A DNA stretch of 64,000 nt from an uncultured archaeon (GTDB lineage: Archaea > Thermoproteota > Nitrososphaeria > Nitrososphaerales > Gagatemarchaeaceae). Each line of letters begins with the position of its first letter. Position 1 is the stretch's first letter. The notes below the pieces were generated by a model. It was given only the letters and a program-made list of their open reading frames with translations, did no database searches and had not been told where the DNA came from. The DNA lies in assembly GCA_963799775.1 (NCBI GenBank), contig CAWCYD010000003.1:864001-928000 (forward strand), given 5' to 3'. The position numbers were made by a program, and so were the translations under genes. Of this stretch, positions 39,195-49,450 are shown piece after piece.

Positions 39195-39620
39195 ACTAAG
39201 AAGCAATCCGGAAATATGATAATAGATTAGGGCAGATTTCTACCGACGAGATCTACGGGAGCGCCACGATTCCTTTCTCTGAAGAAGAGGCTCTGAATCC
39301 TTCGAGTCCACATTCTGCCAGCAAGGCTGGAGCCGAAATGCTCGTCAGCTCTTATTTCAGGACTTACGGCATTGACGCCACTATCACTCGGAGCTCAAAC
39401 AATTATTGTCCCAATCAGCACCCAGAAAAAATGATTCTTAAGAATCCTGAGTCGCTGATCAGGTTCGTGAAAGATAGACCTGCCACGACTTTCACTATTC
39501 CTTGAATTGTGACCGAATCAAACATCTGGGTTGGGAACCGACAACCAAGTTCGAGGTGGGGCCAAGGCAAATTGTCCAGTGGTACGCCAATAACCCTCAA
39601 TGGTGGCGTCCTCTTTTCCG
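39195..39620 (+). pseudogene. rfbB: Internally deleted relic of dTDP-glucose 4,6-dehydratase
   Basis: QISTDEIYGS..NPSSPHSASKA..TRSSNNYCPNQHPEKMI joined directly to ESLIRFVKDRP..LGWEP..NPQWWRPL. Confidence 0.85.
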
Positions 39621-39812
39621 ATTGCATCAGCGTTAGTACATGACTAGGTAGTGGCGTGTCATAGCCGATAATGCAGATTTGAATCATTCAAGATCTCGGC
39701 TTCTGCGACTGAATGCGAATGTACGGCAAAAAACTAAAGTAATGAAGTGCCCGAGGAACTTCGAGAAATGCTCACGCGCACGCGCAATTTTTCAGGGACG
39801 GAATAGTCGGCC

Positions 39813-40652
39813 ATGTCGACTAAGAGGTTTCAGGAGATGTCTTGGTTTGGCAAGAATTTGCATGACATTGTGCGTCGCGAATTAAGACTTGATAATCACC
39901 TCGCGAGGCTGATTAAGACGACCAAGAATTGGTACGACCCTATCCTATCCGAATTAGGAATCAAAACTAACGTTATAGTGAGATTCAGGAACGGCCTGCA
40001 ATTCAAGTATGTCCCACAGTTCTTCGCCGTTGAAATGTTTCTCGATGAACCTTACAATATGGTTGATGTCAGGGGTAGAGATGTAATTGACATTGGGGCT
40101 TGGGTAGGAGATTCCGCGATTTACTTTGCTATGAGAGGGGCAAGGAGCGTAAGAGCTTTTGAGCCTATACCTCTCTCATGTGCAATTGCCAAGGAAAATG
40201 TGCGATTGAATCGATGCAGCAATATCACCATCTATAATGAAGGCGTATCTGGCCAGGACTCGCAAATACTCATACGTCCTGAACTTCGGGCAATGACATC
40301 TAGTGAGTTGGCGACGAAGGATGAAGGTAGTCCCGTCGGCAATTTGGTACACTTTCGGTCATTGGATACAATTGTCCAGGAATTTGACTTGAAGGATGCG
40401 GTGCTTAAGATTGATTGCGAAGGATGCGAGTTTGAGATTGTGAACTCGAGCGACTCAAAGACTCTTCGGGTTTTTTCTGAGATCATAATGGAATATCACG
40501 ATAATCCAACTCAAATACTTATCCGACTTGAGAAGGTCGGCTTCAATGTTTCTTTTCCTCTAAGCCAATCTCCTTTTCCTCTAAGCCCATCTGCTTTTCC
40601 GCGAAGTCCATCTCTATTGCACGCCAAGAGAGAATCGCGGAGCTTGGACTAA
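39813..40652 (+). CDS. FkbM-family methyltransferase, AT-rich
   Basis: VIDIGAWVGDSA, AFEP, LKIDCEGCE, IMEYH. Confidence 0.9.
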   Translation: MSTKRFQEMSWFGKNLHDIVRRELRLDNHLARLIKTTKNWYDPILSELGIKTNVIVRFRNGLQFKYVPQFFAVEMFLDEPYNMVDVRGRDVIDIGAWVGDSAIYFAMRGARSVRAFEPIPLSCAIAKENVRLNRCSNITIYNEGVSGQDSQILIRPELRAMTSSELATKDEGSPVGNLVHFRSLDTIVQEFDLKDAVLKIDCEGCEFEIVNSSDSKTLRVFSEIIMEYHDNPTQILIRLEKVGFNVSFPLSQSPFPLSPSAFPRSPSLLHAKRESRSLD

Positions 40653-40665
40653 CTAATGCGCTCGT

Positions 40666-41742
40666 TTACGCGCGACTGCCTCGTCTAAGCTTTCGAACAT
40701 GCCTGGCGGGTTTGGAGATTGGAGACGCGCGAATCTTGGAGAGTGGTTTCCACCATCCTGGATTCTGCCGGTACCAGTCTATCGTCCGCTTCAGCCCAGT
40801 TTCGAACTTTACCTTGGGCGCCCAGCCCAGCTGCCTGATCTTCTCACAATTCAAAGAATATCTTCGATCGTGTCCCAGACGATCCTCGACAAAATTGATG
40901 AGGGATTCAGGCTTGTGGAGCGTTGCAAGGATGCGCTTTGCAACGGTGATGTTTCTGAGTTCGCTCCCCGATCCGACGTTGTAGATTTCTCCCTTGCTGC
41001 CCTTCGTCAAGACAAGCGCTATTGCGTCGCAGTTGTCTTCGACGAAGAGCCAATCGCGCACATTTTCCCCGTCACCGTAAACGGGAAGTCCTTTGCCTTG
41101 GAGCGCATTCGTGATAAAGAGAGGAATCATCTTCTCAGGATGCTGGCGAGGACCGTAGTTATTCGAGCTTCTCGTGACCAAGACATCGATTCCGTAGGTT
41201 ACACGATAGGCGTGGACAAGGAGGTCACCAGCAGCTTTGCTTGCTGAATAGGGACTAGACGGTGAAAGAGAGTCGGCTTCGGCGAACGAGTCTAGCGTGC
41301 TTCCGTAGACCTCGTCTGTCGAGACCTGCAGTAGCTTCTTGTCATATCTGCGGACGGCCTCGAGAACACGAAAAAGACCAAATATGTCAGTTCTGAGGAA
41401 CTCATCGCCGCTTCTGATGCTCCTGTCCACGTGGGTCTCGGCGGCAAAGTTCACCACAGCATCCACCCCTTTTACCAGCGGGTCCAAGGTAGTTTTGGAG
41501 CAGATATCGCCCCTGACGAAGGTGTGGCCATGGGCATGAAGCACTCCAGTCAAATTATTCAAGTTCCCAGCATATGTTAGCTTGTCTAGATTAACGACCT
41601 CGACGTTCGAGGCTAGCATTTCTCGGACGAATTGCGATCCGATGAAGCCGGCGCCTCCTGTAACAAGGACTCTCAGTTGGGAACCAACGGGGCCGAGATA
41701 CACCTTGGGCATAGAATAACTTTCTACAACTTCAGCCGACAA
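40666..41742 (-). CDS. rfbB: dTDP-glucose 4,6-dehydratase (start likely downstream, ~41712-41676)
   Basis: VTGGAGFIGS, LDKLTYAGN, AAETHVDRSI, STDEVYG, YSASKA, SNNYGP, DRLGHDRRY. Confidence 0.95.
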   Translation of the reverse strand: MSAEVVESYSMPKVYLGPVGSQLRVLVTGGAGFIGSQFVREMLASNVEVVNLDKLTYAGNLNNLTGVLHAHGHTFVRGDICSKTTLDPLVKGVDAVVNFAAETHVDRSIRSGDEFLRTDIFGLFRVLEAVRRYDKKLLQVSTDEVYGSTLDSFAEADSLSPSSPYSASKAAGDLLVHAYRVTYGIDVLVTRSSNNYGPRQHPEKMIPLFITNALQGKGLPVYGDGENVRDWLFVEDNCDAIALVLTKGSKGEIYNVGSGSELRNITVAKRILATLHKPESLINFVEDRLGHDRRYSLNCEKIRQLGWAPKVKFETGLKRTIDWYRQNPGWWKPLSKIRASPISKPARHVRKLRRGSRA

Positions 41743-41817
41743 TGAAAGAATTCGTCAGCTAACCCCGGGCCCCTCACACAAGAGAGTTGGGAGAGTTCCC
41801 AACTTGTCGGGAGCATT

Positions 41818-42807
41818 TCAAACATACTCCTTGAGGTTCTGCCTGTAAAACGCGATTGTGCGAGCCAGTCCTTCGCTCAAGGCTGTCTGAGGCCCCCAAC
41901 CTAGGAGGGATCTTGCCTTTGCGTTACTGATTAGGACATCACCTACTTCTGAGGGTTGTTGATTCGCTGGATATGGAACCTTGACTGCCTTGCCGGACCC
42001 CGCCAATCTAATCACCTCATCCGCAACTTCAGCAAGCGTCATGGCGCCTCCGGAGCAGACGTAGCAATAGTCGCTCCTGATGGAGCTAGCCGCCGCGCCA
42101 GCTTTGAGGGCAGCATCGGTAGCGTCATCGACGTAAAGGAAGTCGCGCTTCTGGCTGCCGTCCCATAATTCTATGGTTCTCCCTTCCAAAGCCAGTCGGA
42201 TGAACCAGTTGAGGACACCCATCTGACTAGATTTCATCTGGTGCCTCGGCCCATAGGTGTTGGTGAAGCGCAACGAAATGGCATTAATCCCGTATCGGTG
42301 CGCGTAGATTAGGCAGTACTTCTCCGCGGCTGACTTGTCTGCCCCGTATACGCTTAGCGGAAACTCAGCGTAAGTTTCATCGACTTTCTCATTCGCTCGA
42401 CCTATTTGGCCCCGCGTTCCTGCGAAGATGAGACGAGGGCTACTCCTTGACCTTCTGATGACTTCGAGCAACCTCAACGTGGACCTTACATTCAACTCCA
42501 TATCGAACTCCGGTTCGATGTCTGCTTTGGCGTGACTTCCTTGTCCCGCGAAATGAAAAACGAAGTCGGCGTCGTTTAGGTCAGATGCAATGGCGTCCGC
42601 GTCGCGAAGATCCTTAGTCTCGATGCGCACGTTATTCAAGATGTTTTTCACGTTGAACATGTTTCCCCCGAGGCCATCAATCATTGAATCGATGATTAGG
42701 ACTCTTGCACCTAAGTTCGAAAGCGCGATGGCTAGGTTGCTGCCCATAAATCCCAGACCTCCAGTTACAACACAGTGAGTGTCCCGGTAGATTTCGGTAA
42801 CGTTCAT
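41818..42807 (-). CDS. NAD-dependent nucleotide-sugar epimerase
   Basis: VTGGLGFMGSN, YGADK, RFTNTYGPRHQM. Confidence 0.9.
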   Translation of the reverse strand: MNVTEIYRDTHCVVTGGLGFMGSNLAIALSNLGARVLIIDSMIDGLGGNMFNVKNILNNVRIETKDLRDADAIASDLNDADFVFHFAGQGSHAKADIEPEFDMELNVRSTLRLLEVIRRSRSSPRLIFAGTRGQIGRANEKVDETYAEFPLSVYGADKSAAEKYCLIYAHRYGINAISLRFTNTYGPRHQMKSSQMGVLNWFIRLALEGRTIELWDGSQKRDFLYVDDATDAALKAGAAASSIRSDYCYVCSGGAMTLAEVADEVIRLAGSGKAVKVPYPANQQPSEVGDVLISNAKARSLLGWGPQTALSEGLARTIAFYRQNLKEYV

Positions 42808-42914
42808 CAGAACCTTCCGGTTCAAAATGGAAATATAAACCTGGAACCTGAACGCTGCGGTTTCGATTATGACAGGGTCGGCTTGATTAGCCACCTATTT
42901 CGAGCGTCAGACTC

Positions 42915-43916
42915 GTGAGGTTCACTTTCGGGCTACCAACATACAATAACGAGAACTACATCGAGCGCTGCCTAACCTCCATCCAGAGACAAGACTACGA
43001 CCAATCGCAGGTAGAAGTCATCATCGCTGACGGCGGCTCTAGCGATTCGACGGTCAGAATAGCGAGGTCATTCGGCGTCCAGGTATACCCCAATAGGCTC
43101 CGGCTGGCCGACTATGGTCAGCAAATTTGCGCGAGAAACTCGACTGGGAAGTATTATGTGATTTGGGCAGCGGATAACGAGCTAACTGATCCTTATTGGT
43201 TGAAGAAAGTCGAGAGCATCATGGAGGGGAACGGCTCGGTCTCTGCGCTTTGGGGACCAATGCGCTCAGGGCCCGACGACGCTCGCGTAAACAAGTACTA
43301 TGAGCTCATTCAGTCCGAGCCAGTGACATACTTCCTAAATCACAATCTCCAATGGTATCTAAAGGGAGCGCGCGAATGTTCCGTCTTCGGGGCACCGTGT
43401 TACATTTTCAAAGTAGACCCCAAGAGGCCCCTGGTTTGGGGCGCGAATGGCCTCGTTTACCGAAGCGAGCAAATCAAACCTCTGCTGCTGCGTGACAAGT
43501 TCGTCGGCGACAACGACCTCTTCCAGGGCCTAATCGAAGCCGGAAGAAACACTGTCGCCTATATGCCCTCGCTCTCAATCGAGCACCATACTGTGAAAAG
43601 CCTAACAAACTGGATTACGAAGTTAGTACGGAAACATGTTCAACACACAATCTCCGAGATTGGTGGCGAAAGAAACATGAACTGGCTCTACACGGAAAAG
43701 TTCGGAGAGCAGATGGCTGTTTGGACTATTTACAGCCTCATTCCAACCGCCTCCACAGCACAGGCTCTTCACAACGCCCTGAGGGACAGGAATCCCTATT
43801 GGTTCTATCATCCAATCCTGAACTTCGCGCAGGCCGCAATCCTAGTGACAACCACGCTTTCTTCTGCGAATGGACTACGTTTTCTACGAAAGTCACTTCG
43901 TAGAAGCCCAAACTAG
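42915..43916 (+). CDS. Glycosyltransferase family 2
   Basis: LPTYNNE, IIADGGSSDST, AADNE. Confidence 0.9.
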   Translation: MRFTFGLPTYNNENYIERCLTSIQRQDYDQSQVEVIIADGGSSDSTVRIARSFGVQVYPNRLRLADYGQQICARNSTGKYYVIWAADNELTDPYWLKKVESIMEGNGSVSALWGPMRSGPDDARVNKYYELIQSEPVTYFLNHNLQWYLKGARECSVFGAPCYIFKVDPKRPLVWGANGLVYRSEQIKPLLLRDKFVGDNDLFQGLIEAGRNTVAYMPSLSIEHHTVKSLTNWITKLVRKHVQHTISEIGGERNMNWLYTEKFGEQMAVWTIYSLIPTASTAQALHNALRDRNPYWFYHPILNFAQAAILVTTTLSSANGLRFLRKSLRRSPN

Positions 43917-43978
43917 GACGAAAGTTTGCTGCCTTGTTAGTCGGCGCCACCGTTTCAGTCAGACTCAGGACAAGACAG

Positions 43979-45700
43979 TCACTTTGAAACCAAGTAGTCC
44001 CCGAGGGCCAAGTATTGAAGGCCTGAGTCCTTTAGCGTGTGGACGGCCTCGGCAGGCGAGCAAACAATGGGCTCTCCGTGCAGGTTGAATGACGTGTTGA
44101 GGAGCGCGCTGATTCCCGAAGACTCCTCGAAAGCCGCTAGGACAGAATAGTAACCGTCGTTCGCAGCTCGGTCGAGCACTTGCGGCCTCGCAGTCTTGTC
44201 GTAGGGATGAAGTGCGGCCGGAATGTCCTTCTGCGCCTTTTTTGTTGTCTCGAAGGCCAAAACCATTGAGTCCGCATTGACCTTGGAGATGTCCGGACTA
44301 GAGAGGTAATCCGATACTGCATCACGCATAATCACCGGCGCGAAGGGCATCCAAAAGTCTCGCCCCTTGATCTGGCGGTTAATCTCCTGTACCACTCCAT
44401 AGTCGTGTGGGTTCGCCAGGAGGGACCGATTGCCCAGCGCTCTAGCTCCAAACTCCATACGCCCCGCCATCCTTGCCACCACCTTGTCCTCCGACAGCAG
44501 CTTGGCGACGTCTTTCGCTATATTCTGGGACTTGTAGTAGTTGAGGTCGTGCAATTCGAGCTCGTCTTGCACCTCACTCTCCGTGAACTCTGGGCCTAGG
44601 TAAAGGCTGTCTAGAGGATGAATCGGAACATCCGGGAAGAGCTTCATGTGCATGAAGTATGCTGCCCCGACAGCGTTCGTCTCGTCGCCTCCGCTCGGCA
44701 TGACAAACATCTCATCTACAACATCGAGCTGGGCAATCTTCATGTTCGCCTTTACATTCATGAAAACCCCGCCGCCGCAGGCAATCCGTCTGACTCCGTA
44801 GCGCGCGATTGAAGCCTTTACCAGCGACATGAGCAGCTCCTCGCAGACTTTCTGCACCGCGTATGCGAGCCAATCGAACCGAACTCCAGAATACTCCCTA
44901 CGGATGAACTGGCTGTACTTCACCGAGGGCAATTCCGACCTGAGACAGAGCCGTTCCGGGTCAAACACTACCATCGAGGAGAGCCGATCGTAGACCTCCT
45001 CGCCTTTGCTGTTGGCGGCGTAGGGGGCAAGACCCATCACCTTGTACTCGTCCTCGTCGACCCTCATGCCGAGATTCCTCGTGACCTCACTATAAAGCAC
45101 CCCCACGGAAGCCGAAGCATCCGTAGAGGCTCGCACCTCGAACCTTCCGTTTCCAAAGGTGCTTATGGTCGAACTGCGATTGTCACCAGACCCATCGACC
45201 GTGATGACCAAACAATCTTTGTTTTCGGCGACGAACCTCGAAGAGAACAGGGCCGAATATGCGTGACACATGTGATGATCGACGCCATGGATCTTCTTCT
45301 CGTTCACCTTGAAGAACTCTGAGAGCTCCTTGATCCGCCTTTTCTTCATGCCAGATAGTAGCGTGCCGGCGAACGGAAGCCGACTCAGCCTGTAGACATT
45401 CCCAATTCGGGGTGCGAATTTCATGATGAACCCCATGCCGTCTTGCATCTTGTCGTAGGCATTTTGAGGAATTGAGGGGAGGTATGTGCCTGCCACGGCA
45501 ACGGAATCCAGTTCGTCGGGGGCTGTAGAAGTCGAGGTCAGGCAATAATCGATCGCGTTGACCGGAAACCCAGCGCAGCCTTTCACGCGCGTGAATCTCT
45601 CTTCCGCGACAGCCGCAACGAGCCGCCCGTCTTGCAAGAGACACGCTCCGCTGTTATGCGCGGAATTGATTCCGAGGATTTTCAACTTCCCAGTCTTCAC
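43979..45700 (-). CDS. Carbamoyltransferase (NodU/CmcH family)
   Basis: EERFTRVK, HHMCHA, DGSGD, EYKVMGLAPY, GGVFMNVKAN, EFGARALGNRS, FWMPFAP, LNTSFNLHGEPIV. Confidence 0.95.
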   Translation of the reverse strand: MKTGKLKILGINSAHNSGACLLQDGRLVAAVAEERFTRVKGCAGFPVNAIDYCLTSTSTAPDELDSVAVAGTYLPSIPQNAYDKMQDGMGFIMKFAPRIGNVYRLSRLPFAGTLLSGMKKRRIKELSEFFKVNEKKIHGVDHHMCHAYSALFSSRFVAENKDCLVITVDGSGDNRSSTISTFGNGRFEVRASTDASASVGVLYSEVTRNLGMRVDEDEYKVMGLAPYAANSKGEEVYDRLSSMVVFDPERLCLRSELPSVKYSQFIRREYSGVRFDWLAYAVQKVCEELLMSLVKASIARYGVRRIACGGGVFMNVKANMKIAQLDVVDEMFVMPSGGDETNAVGAAYFMHMKLFPDVPIHPLDSLYLGPEFTESEVQDELELHDLNYYKSQNIAKDVAKLLSEDKVVARMAGRMEFGARALGNRSLLANPHDYGVVQEINRQIKGRDFWMPFAPVIMRDAVSDYLSSPDISKVNADSMVLAFETTKKAQKDIPAALHPYDKTARPQVLDRAANDGYYSVLAAFEESSGISALLNTSFNLHGEPIVCSPAEAVHTLKDSGLQYLALGDYLVSK

Positions 45701-45782
45701 TCTATATTAGCGGTCGAACTTCAGCTGATTGAATTGCGGAATCCGAATCGATGGACTTGGTTGCAGCTCAGCAGCATCCCAG

Positions 45783-46702
45783 CTATGAAGGTACTGGGAA
45801 CTCGGGGTACGACATATCGTGAGCCGTTCTGATCGCTTCGAGGATCTCGCTGTTGAGGGCTGCGACTAGATCTGACTTGACCTTCGACGAAATACCCTGC
45901 CTTTGTTCTTCATAGAGGAGAGGGTCTCGCTTGGCCTGCTCTGCAATTTCCTCTGCGGACCTCACATCTCGTTGCCCTTGCTTGTGCCAGCAGAGGCGCG
46001 TCGTGTTCATTTCAACCAGAAAGGGTTTGGACTCTTCTCTAACAAAGTTCGCCGCCTTCCTCGCGGTATCCACAACTTCGTTGAGGTGATTGCCATCGAC
46101 CGTTGAAGTCTTGATTCCAAATCCTTCCGCGCGCCTGGCCACATTCGCCGTTGGAAGGTAATACTCCGGTCGGATATTGCCCGCCAAGCCATTGTTCTCG
46201 CAAATAAGCAACAGGGTGGACCTTTCTTACGCTCGCGATGTTCAAACCCTCGTTCCATTGGGCGTTGCTGCTGGCTGCGTCTCCGGAAAAGCATGCAACA
46301 ATGTGGCCGTCATTCTGGTAATTCTTGACTGCCCATGCCAATCCCGCGGCGACCGGCACGCAGGCTCCCGACGAGTTGGAAGCTAAACATGTACTTCGCC
46401 GGAGGATAGCTAATATGCATCTCGCCAGCCATCCCGTTGTTTACCCCTGATTTCTTCCCCAGAATCTCCGCTACGAGGGGCTTGAGGGGCACCCCCTTTG
46501 CAATAGAGTGTGCGATGGTCCTGTGATGAGTTACCATGTAGTCATTTTTGTCTAGGGCAGCACAAACCCCGACGGAGATTGCCTCCTGACCCTTGCTGAA
46601 GTGGAGATCCCCCGCCTCACCCGCGAAACAAAGCTTCTGAAATTCATCCTCCAGGAGGCGAATCATGAGCATCTTCCTGTAAAGCTCGAATTCGGGCGTC
46701 AA
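45783..46702 (-). CDS. TPP-dependent E1 alpha-like subunit (frameshifts near 46363 and 46215)
   Basis: HFSKGQEA, THHR, GEMH, GDAA..NEGLN..CENN TPP-binding motif spread over three ORF pieces. Confidence 0.85.
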
Positions 46703-47691
46703 GATGCGAGCTCCTCGATTGAAGACATTATCTGTTCACCCGATGGTAACATGTACTTGTGCAGCCCCTGGCTAGCAGGTATTGTTGATCGAGGGGCGCC
46801 CAGCCTTTTCACCGGCTTGCGCATCGACGGGAAACATCTTTCCGTAACGCCGGCAGCAAGTTCCGCACCTATGCCCGCGTAGGTGACATCCGGCTCGACA
46901 ACAAGCAGCGACCCTGTCTTTGATACCGAGGCGCAAATCGTGTCGTAGTCCATAGGATACAAGGTCCGAGGATCTATCAAGTCACAGTCAACGTTGTGCT
47001 CGTCAACAATCAATTCGACCTGTCTCAGTGTGAGCGCGTACGAGACGATTGTCAGTCTGCTTCCCTTCTTTCGTATCCTTGCCTTTCCAAAAGGAGTGGG
47101 GCGTGTCTTCCCATCGTCCTTGTCGATGTCCTTCGTGTCCACATCCCTTATCATCCGGTCTTCGAAGAAGATGGTCACACCTGGTTTCATCAGAGCGGTT
47201 GACATCAGACCGAAGGCATCGTTCGGAGCGGACGGCAATGCGACGTTTAAACCCGGGATGTGCGTGAAGAGGCTCTCCGGCCGTTGCCCCGTGGTGGGTC
47301 CTCCTACAAGGAATTCTGCTCGTATCACTATCGTGCGCGGCGGCTCAGCGTCTCCGGCAACGAAGTTGATTTTCGCTGCGGTATTACAGATACTATCGAG
47401 TGTCCTGTAGAGGAAATCCGCCGTGATTACATCGACGACCGGTTTCACCCCCAACAAGGAAGCCCCAACCGAGAAATTCGTGTTAGCGTCCTCGGAAATG
47501 GGCAGCGTCACCACCCTGTCAGGATATTCCTTCTCTATCAATGGAGCATCAAAGTGCACTTTCATATGCGCTCCCTCGCCAAAAAGGTAGATGGAAGGAT
47601 CAACCTTCATCTGCTCGTATATGGCGCCGCCGATGCTATCCCGAATCAGATGATTCCTGAACCATGGGTCGCGTTTTTCGACCTGCTGCAT
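46699..47691 (-). CDS. TPP-dependent E1 beta-like subunit
   Basis: VTLPISE, HIPGLNV, IDPRTLYPMD, GIGAE, KRLG. Confidence 0.9.
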   Translation of the reverse strand: MQQVEKRDPWFRNHLIRDSIGGAIYEQMKVDPSIYLFGEGAHMKVHFDAPLIEKEYPDRVVTLPISEDANTNFSVGASLLGVKPVVDVITADFLYRTLDSICNTAAKINFVAGDAEPPRTIVIRAEFLVGGPTTGQRPESLFTHIPGLNVALPSAPNDAFGLMSTALMKPGVTIFFEDRMIRDVDTKDIDKDDGKTRPTPFGKARIRKKGSRLTIVSYALTLRQVELIVDEHNVDCDLIDPRTLYPMDYDTICASVSKTGSLLVVEPDVTYAGIGAELAAGVTERCFPSMRKPVKRLGAPRSTIPASQGLHKYMLPSGEQIMSSIEELAS

Positions 47692-47747
47692 TGAATTCGC
47701 TTAAACGCTCAAATATATCAACGTTCATCGTCGACTTAACGAATTGG

Positions 47748-48701
47748 ATGCCGGAATTCTATAGAGACAATCTCGTTGTGGTAACTGGAGCGACTGGACT
47801 GAACGGCTCTTACCTTGTGAAGGCTGCCTCCGAAAAGGGGGCTAAGGTGCGTGCAGTCGCCCACTTGCGAGCGCCTAACGAATTCACCAAGCTTGCAAAC
47901 GAGATTGTAAAGGCTGATTTGATGGAAGCCGAATCTACGAGGAAGGCAGTACGGGGAGCAAACGTTGTAATCCATGCGGGAGGTATCACAGGAGGGGTTC
48001 CACTGTCAGTAAACGATCCAGGAGCGTTGGTAGCCCCGAACGCAGTAATCTCCAGTCAAATCATCGACGCATGCGCAAGAGAGAAGGTAGGAAGACTTGG
48101 CTTCATAAGCAGCACCGTTGTCTATCCTCCATCCGACCAACCAGTCAGGGAAGAACAAGCGTGGTCAGGCGAGCCCTACGACCTATACTTCGGAATCGCA
48201 TGGGTCAAGAGGTTCGCGGAGAAACTCTGCAAATTCTACTACGACAAGTGCGGACTTAAGATCGCCATAGTGAGGCCGAGCGGGGTTTACGGCCGCTATG
48301 ACAACTTTGACGAGAATGCTTCACATGTGCTTCCCGCCTTCATCAAGAGGGCCCTATCTGGTGCCGATCCGTTCGTTGTCTGGGGAGACGGGAACGACGT
48401 CAGGGATTTTGTACACGCCAGCGACCTTGCCGAAGGGATTCTCCTGATGGTGGAGAAGAACCCGACGTGCGACCCCGTCAATATCGCTTCAGGCGCGCCA
48501 TGCACGACACGCGAGCTGGCTGAGATTGTGCTCAGAGCGGTAGGAAGCAAGTCGGCGTTGAGGTTTGACAGCTCAAAGCCCACCGCGCTTCCCGTCCGGC
48601 GGGTAGACATCACGAAAGCTAAGAGCCTAGGGTATGAGCCGAAGGTATCTCTTGAGAATGGCATCGCTGATACTGTTGCGTGGTACAGAACAAAGAATTG
48701 A
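47748..48701 (+). CDS. GDP-L-fucose synthase-like epimerase/reductase
   Basis: VTGATGLNG, ISSTVVYP, YGRYDNF..SHVLPAFI, WGDG..RDFVH. Confidence 0.85.
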   Translation: MPEFYRDNLVVVTGATGLNGSYLVKAASEKGAKVRAVAHLRAPNEFTKLANEIVKADLMEAESTRKAVRGANVVIHAGGITGGVPLSVNDPGALVAPNAVISSQIIDACAREKVGRLGFISSTVVYPPSDQPVREEQAWSGEPYDLYFGIAWVKRFAEKLCKFYYDKCGLKIAIVRPSGVYGRYDNFDENASHVLPAFIKRALSGADPFVVWGDGNDVRDFVHASDLAEGILLMVEKNPTCDPVNIASGAPCTTRELAEIVLRAVGSKSALRFDSSKPTALPVRRVDITKAKSLGYEPKVSLENGIADTVAWYRTKN

Positions 48702-48776
48702 CGCGAGACGAATTCAAGGCAACAAGATGCTCCTGACAGGAACAGACGTCTCCTAGCAAATTACTTTCGCGCCAGA

Positions 48777-48830
48777 CTTGGCTGCGATGGGTCCACAGGC
48801 TTGGCTGCGATGGGTCCACAGGCTTGGCTG
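48777..48830. repeat. 23-bp tandem repeat, 2.3 copies
   Basis: CTTGGCTGCGATGGGTCCACAGG x2 plus CTTGGCTG. Confidence 0.9.
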
Positions 48831-48855
48831 TGGGATGGCCTCGCCGAATCTGAGT

Positions 48856-49359
48856 TCACCGTACCTCTAACCCGCCAATCTCGAGTATTCTCTTGTATTC
48901 TGGCTTGAGAGATTTAGGGACCGATAACAAGTCGCACCATTTTGCAGAGGAGCTTGTCGAGTCGAGCTTGAGTTCTCGTACTGTGGTCGAAGCACGACAG
49001 ACTACGGTTATTCCATGTTCCTTCCTCCCGATTAGCTCGTGAACGCCACACACCAGGAAATTCTTAGGTGCAATCGATATCCCAATCTCTCTCAGGAGAA
49101 TCCTGTGAGCGGCCGCCGCAATCGGCTCGTTCCTGAATATCCTCCCTCCCGGCGTGGCCCACTTTCCCTTCCATGCAAAATTATTCTGGTTCCGCTTCAC
49201 CAGAAGGAACTTGGCGCTGTCACCGAGGAGGACGATGTCCACCGTGACCATAGGAAAATGTCTCACGTGTATCTTGAAGAATTCCTCGGGAAGGAACTTA
49301 TCCATAGGTATGACGCGAATTTTCAAAAGCGCTCGGTCTTGGATGGCTCGGGGCGCCAT
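48856..49359 (-). CDS. Nudix hydrolase, GDP-mannose mannosyl hydrolase-like
   Basis: PMVTVDIV, FLLVKR, WATPGGRIFRNE..AAAHRILLREIG. Confidence 0.85.
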   Translation of the reverse strand: MAPRAIQDRALLKIRVIPMDKFLPEEFFKIHVRHFPMVTVDIVLLGDSAKFLLVKRNQNNFAWKGKWATPGGRIFRNEPIAAAAHRILLREIGISIAPKNFLVCGVHELIGRKEHGITVVCRASTTVRELKLDSTSSSAKWCDLLSVPKSLKPEYKRILEIGGLEVR

Positions 49360-49450
49360 ATCTATGTAACGGGCGGATCTGATTGGAGAACGGATTCTAT
49401 GCCGTCACCGGAGGAAAGATATATCTTCCGTACTCGGCGCGAGAAATCCG

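Noticed and set aside
48777-48830. 23-bp repeat as a mini-CRISPR
   Set aside because: The copies are contiguous with no spacers.
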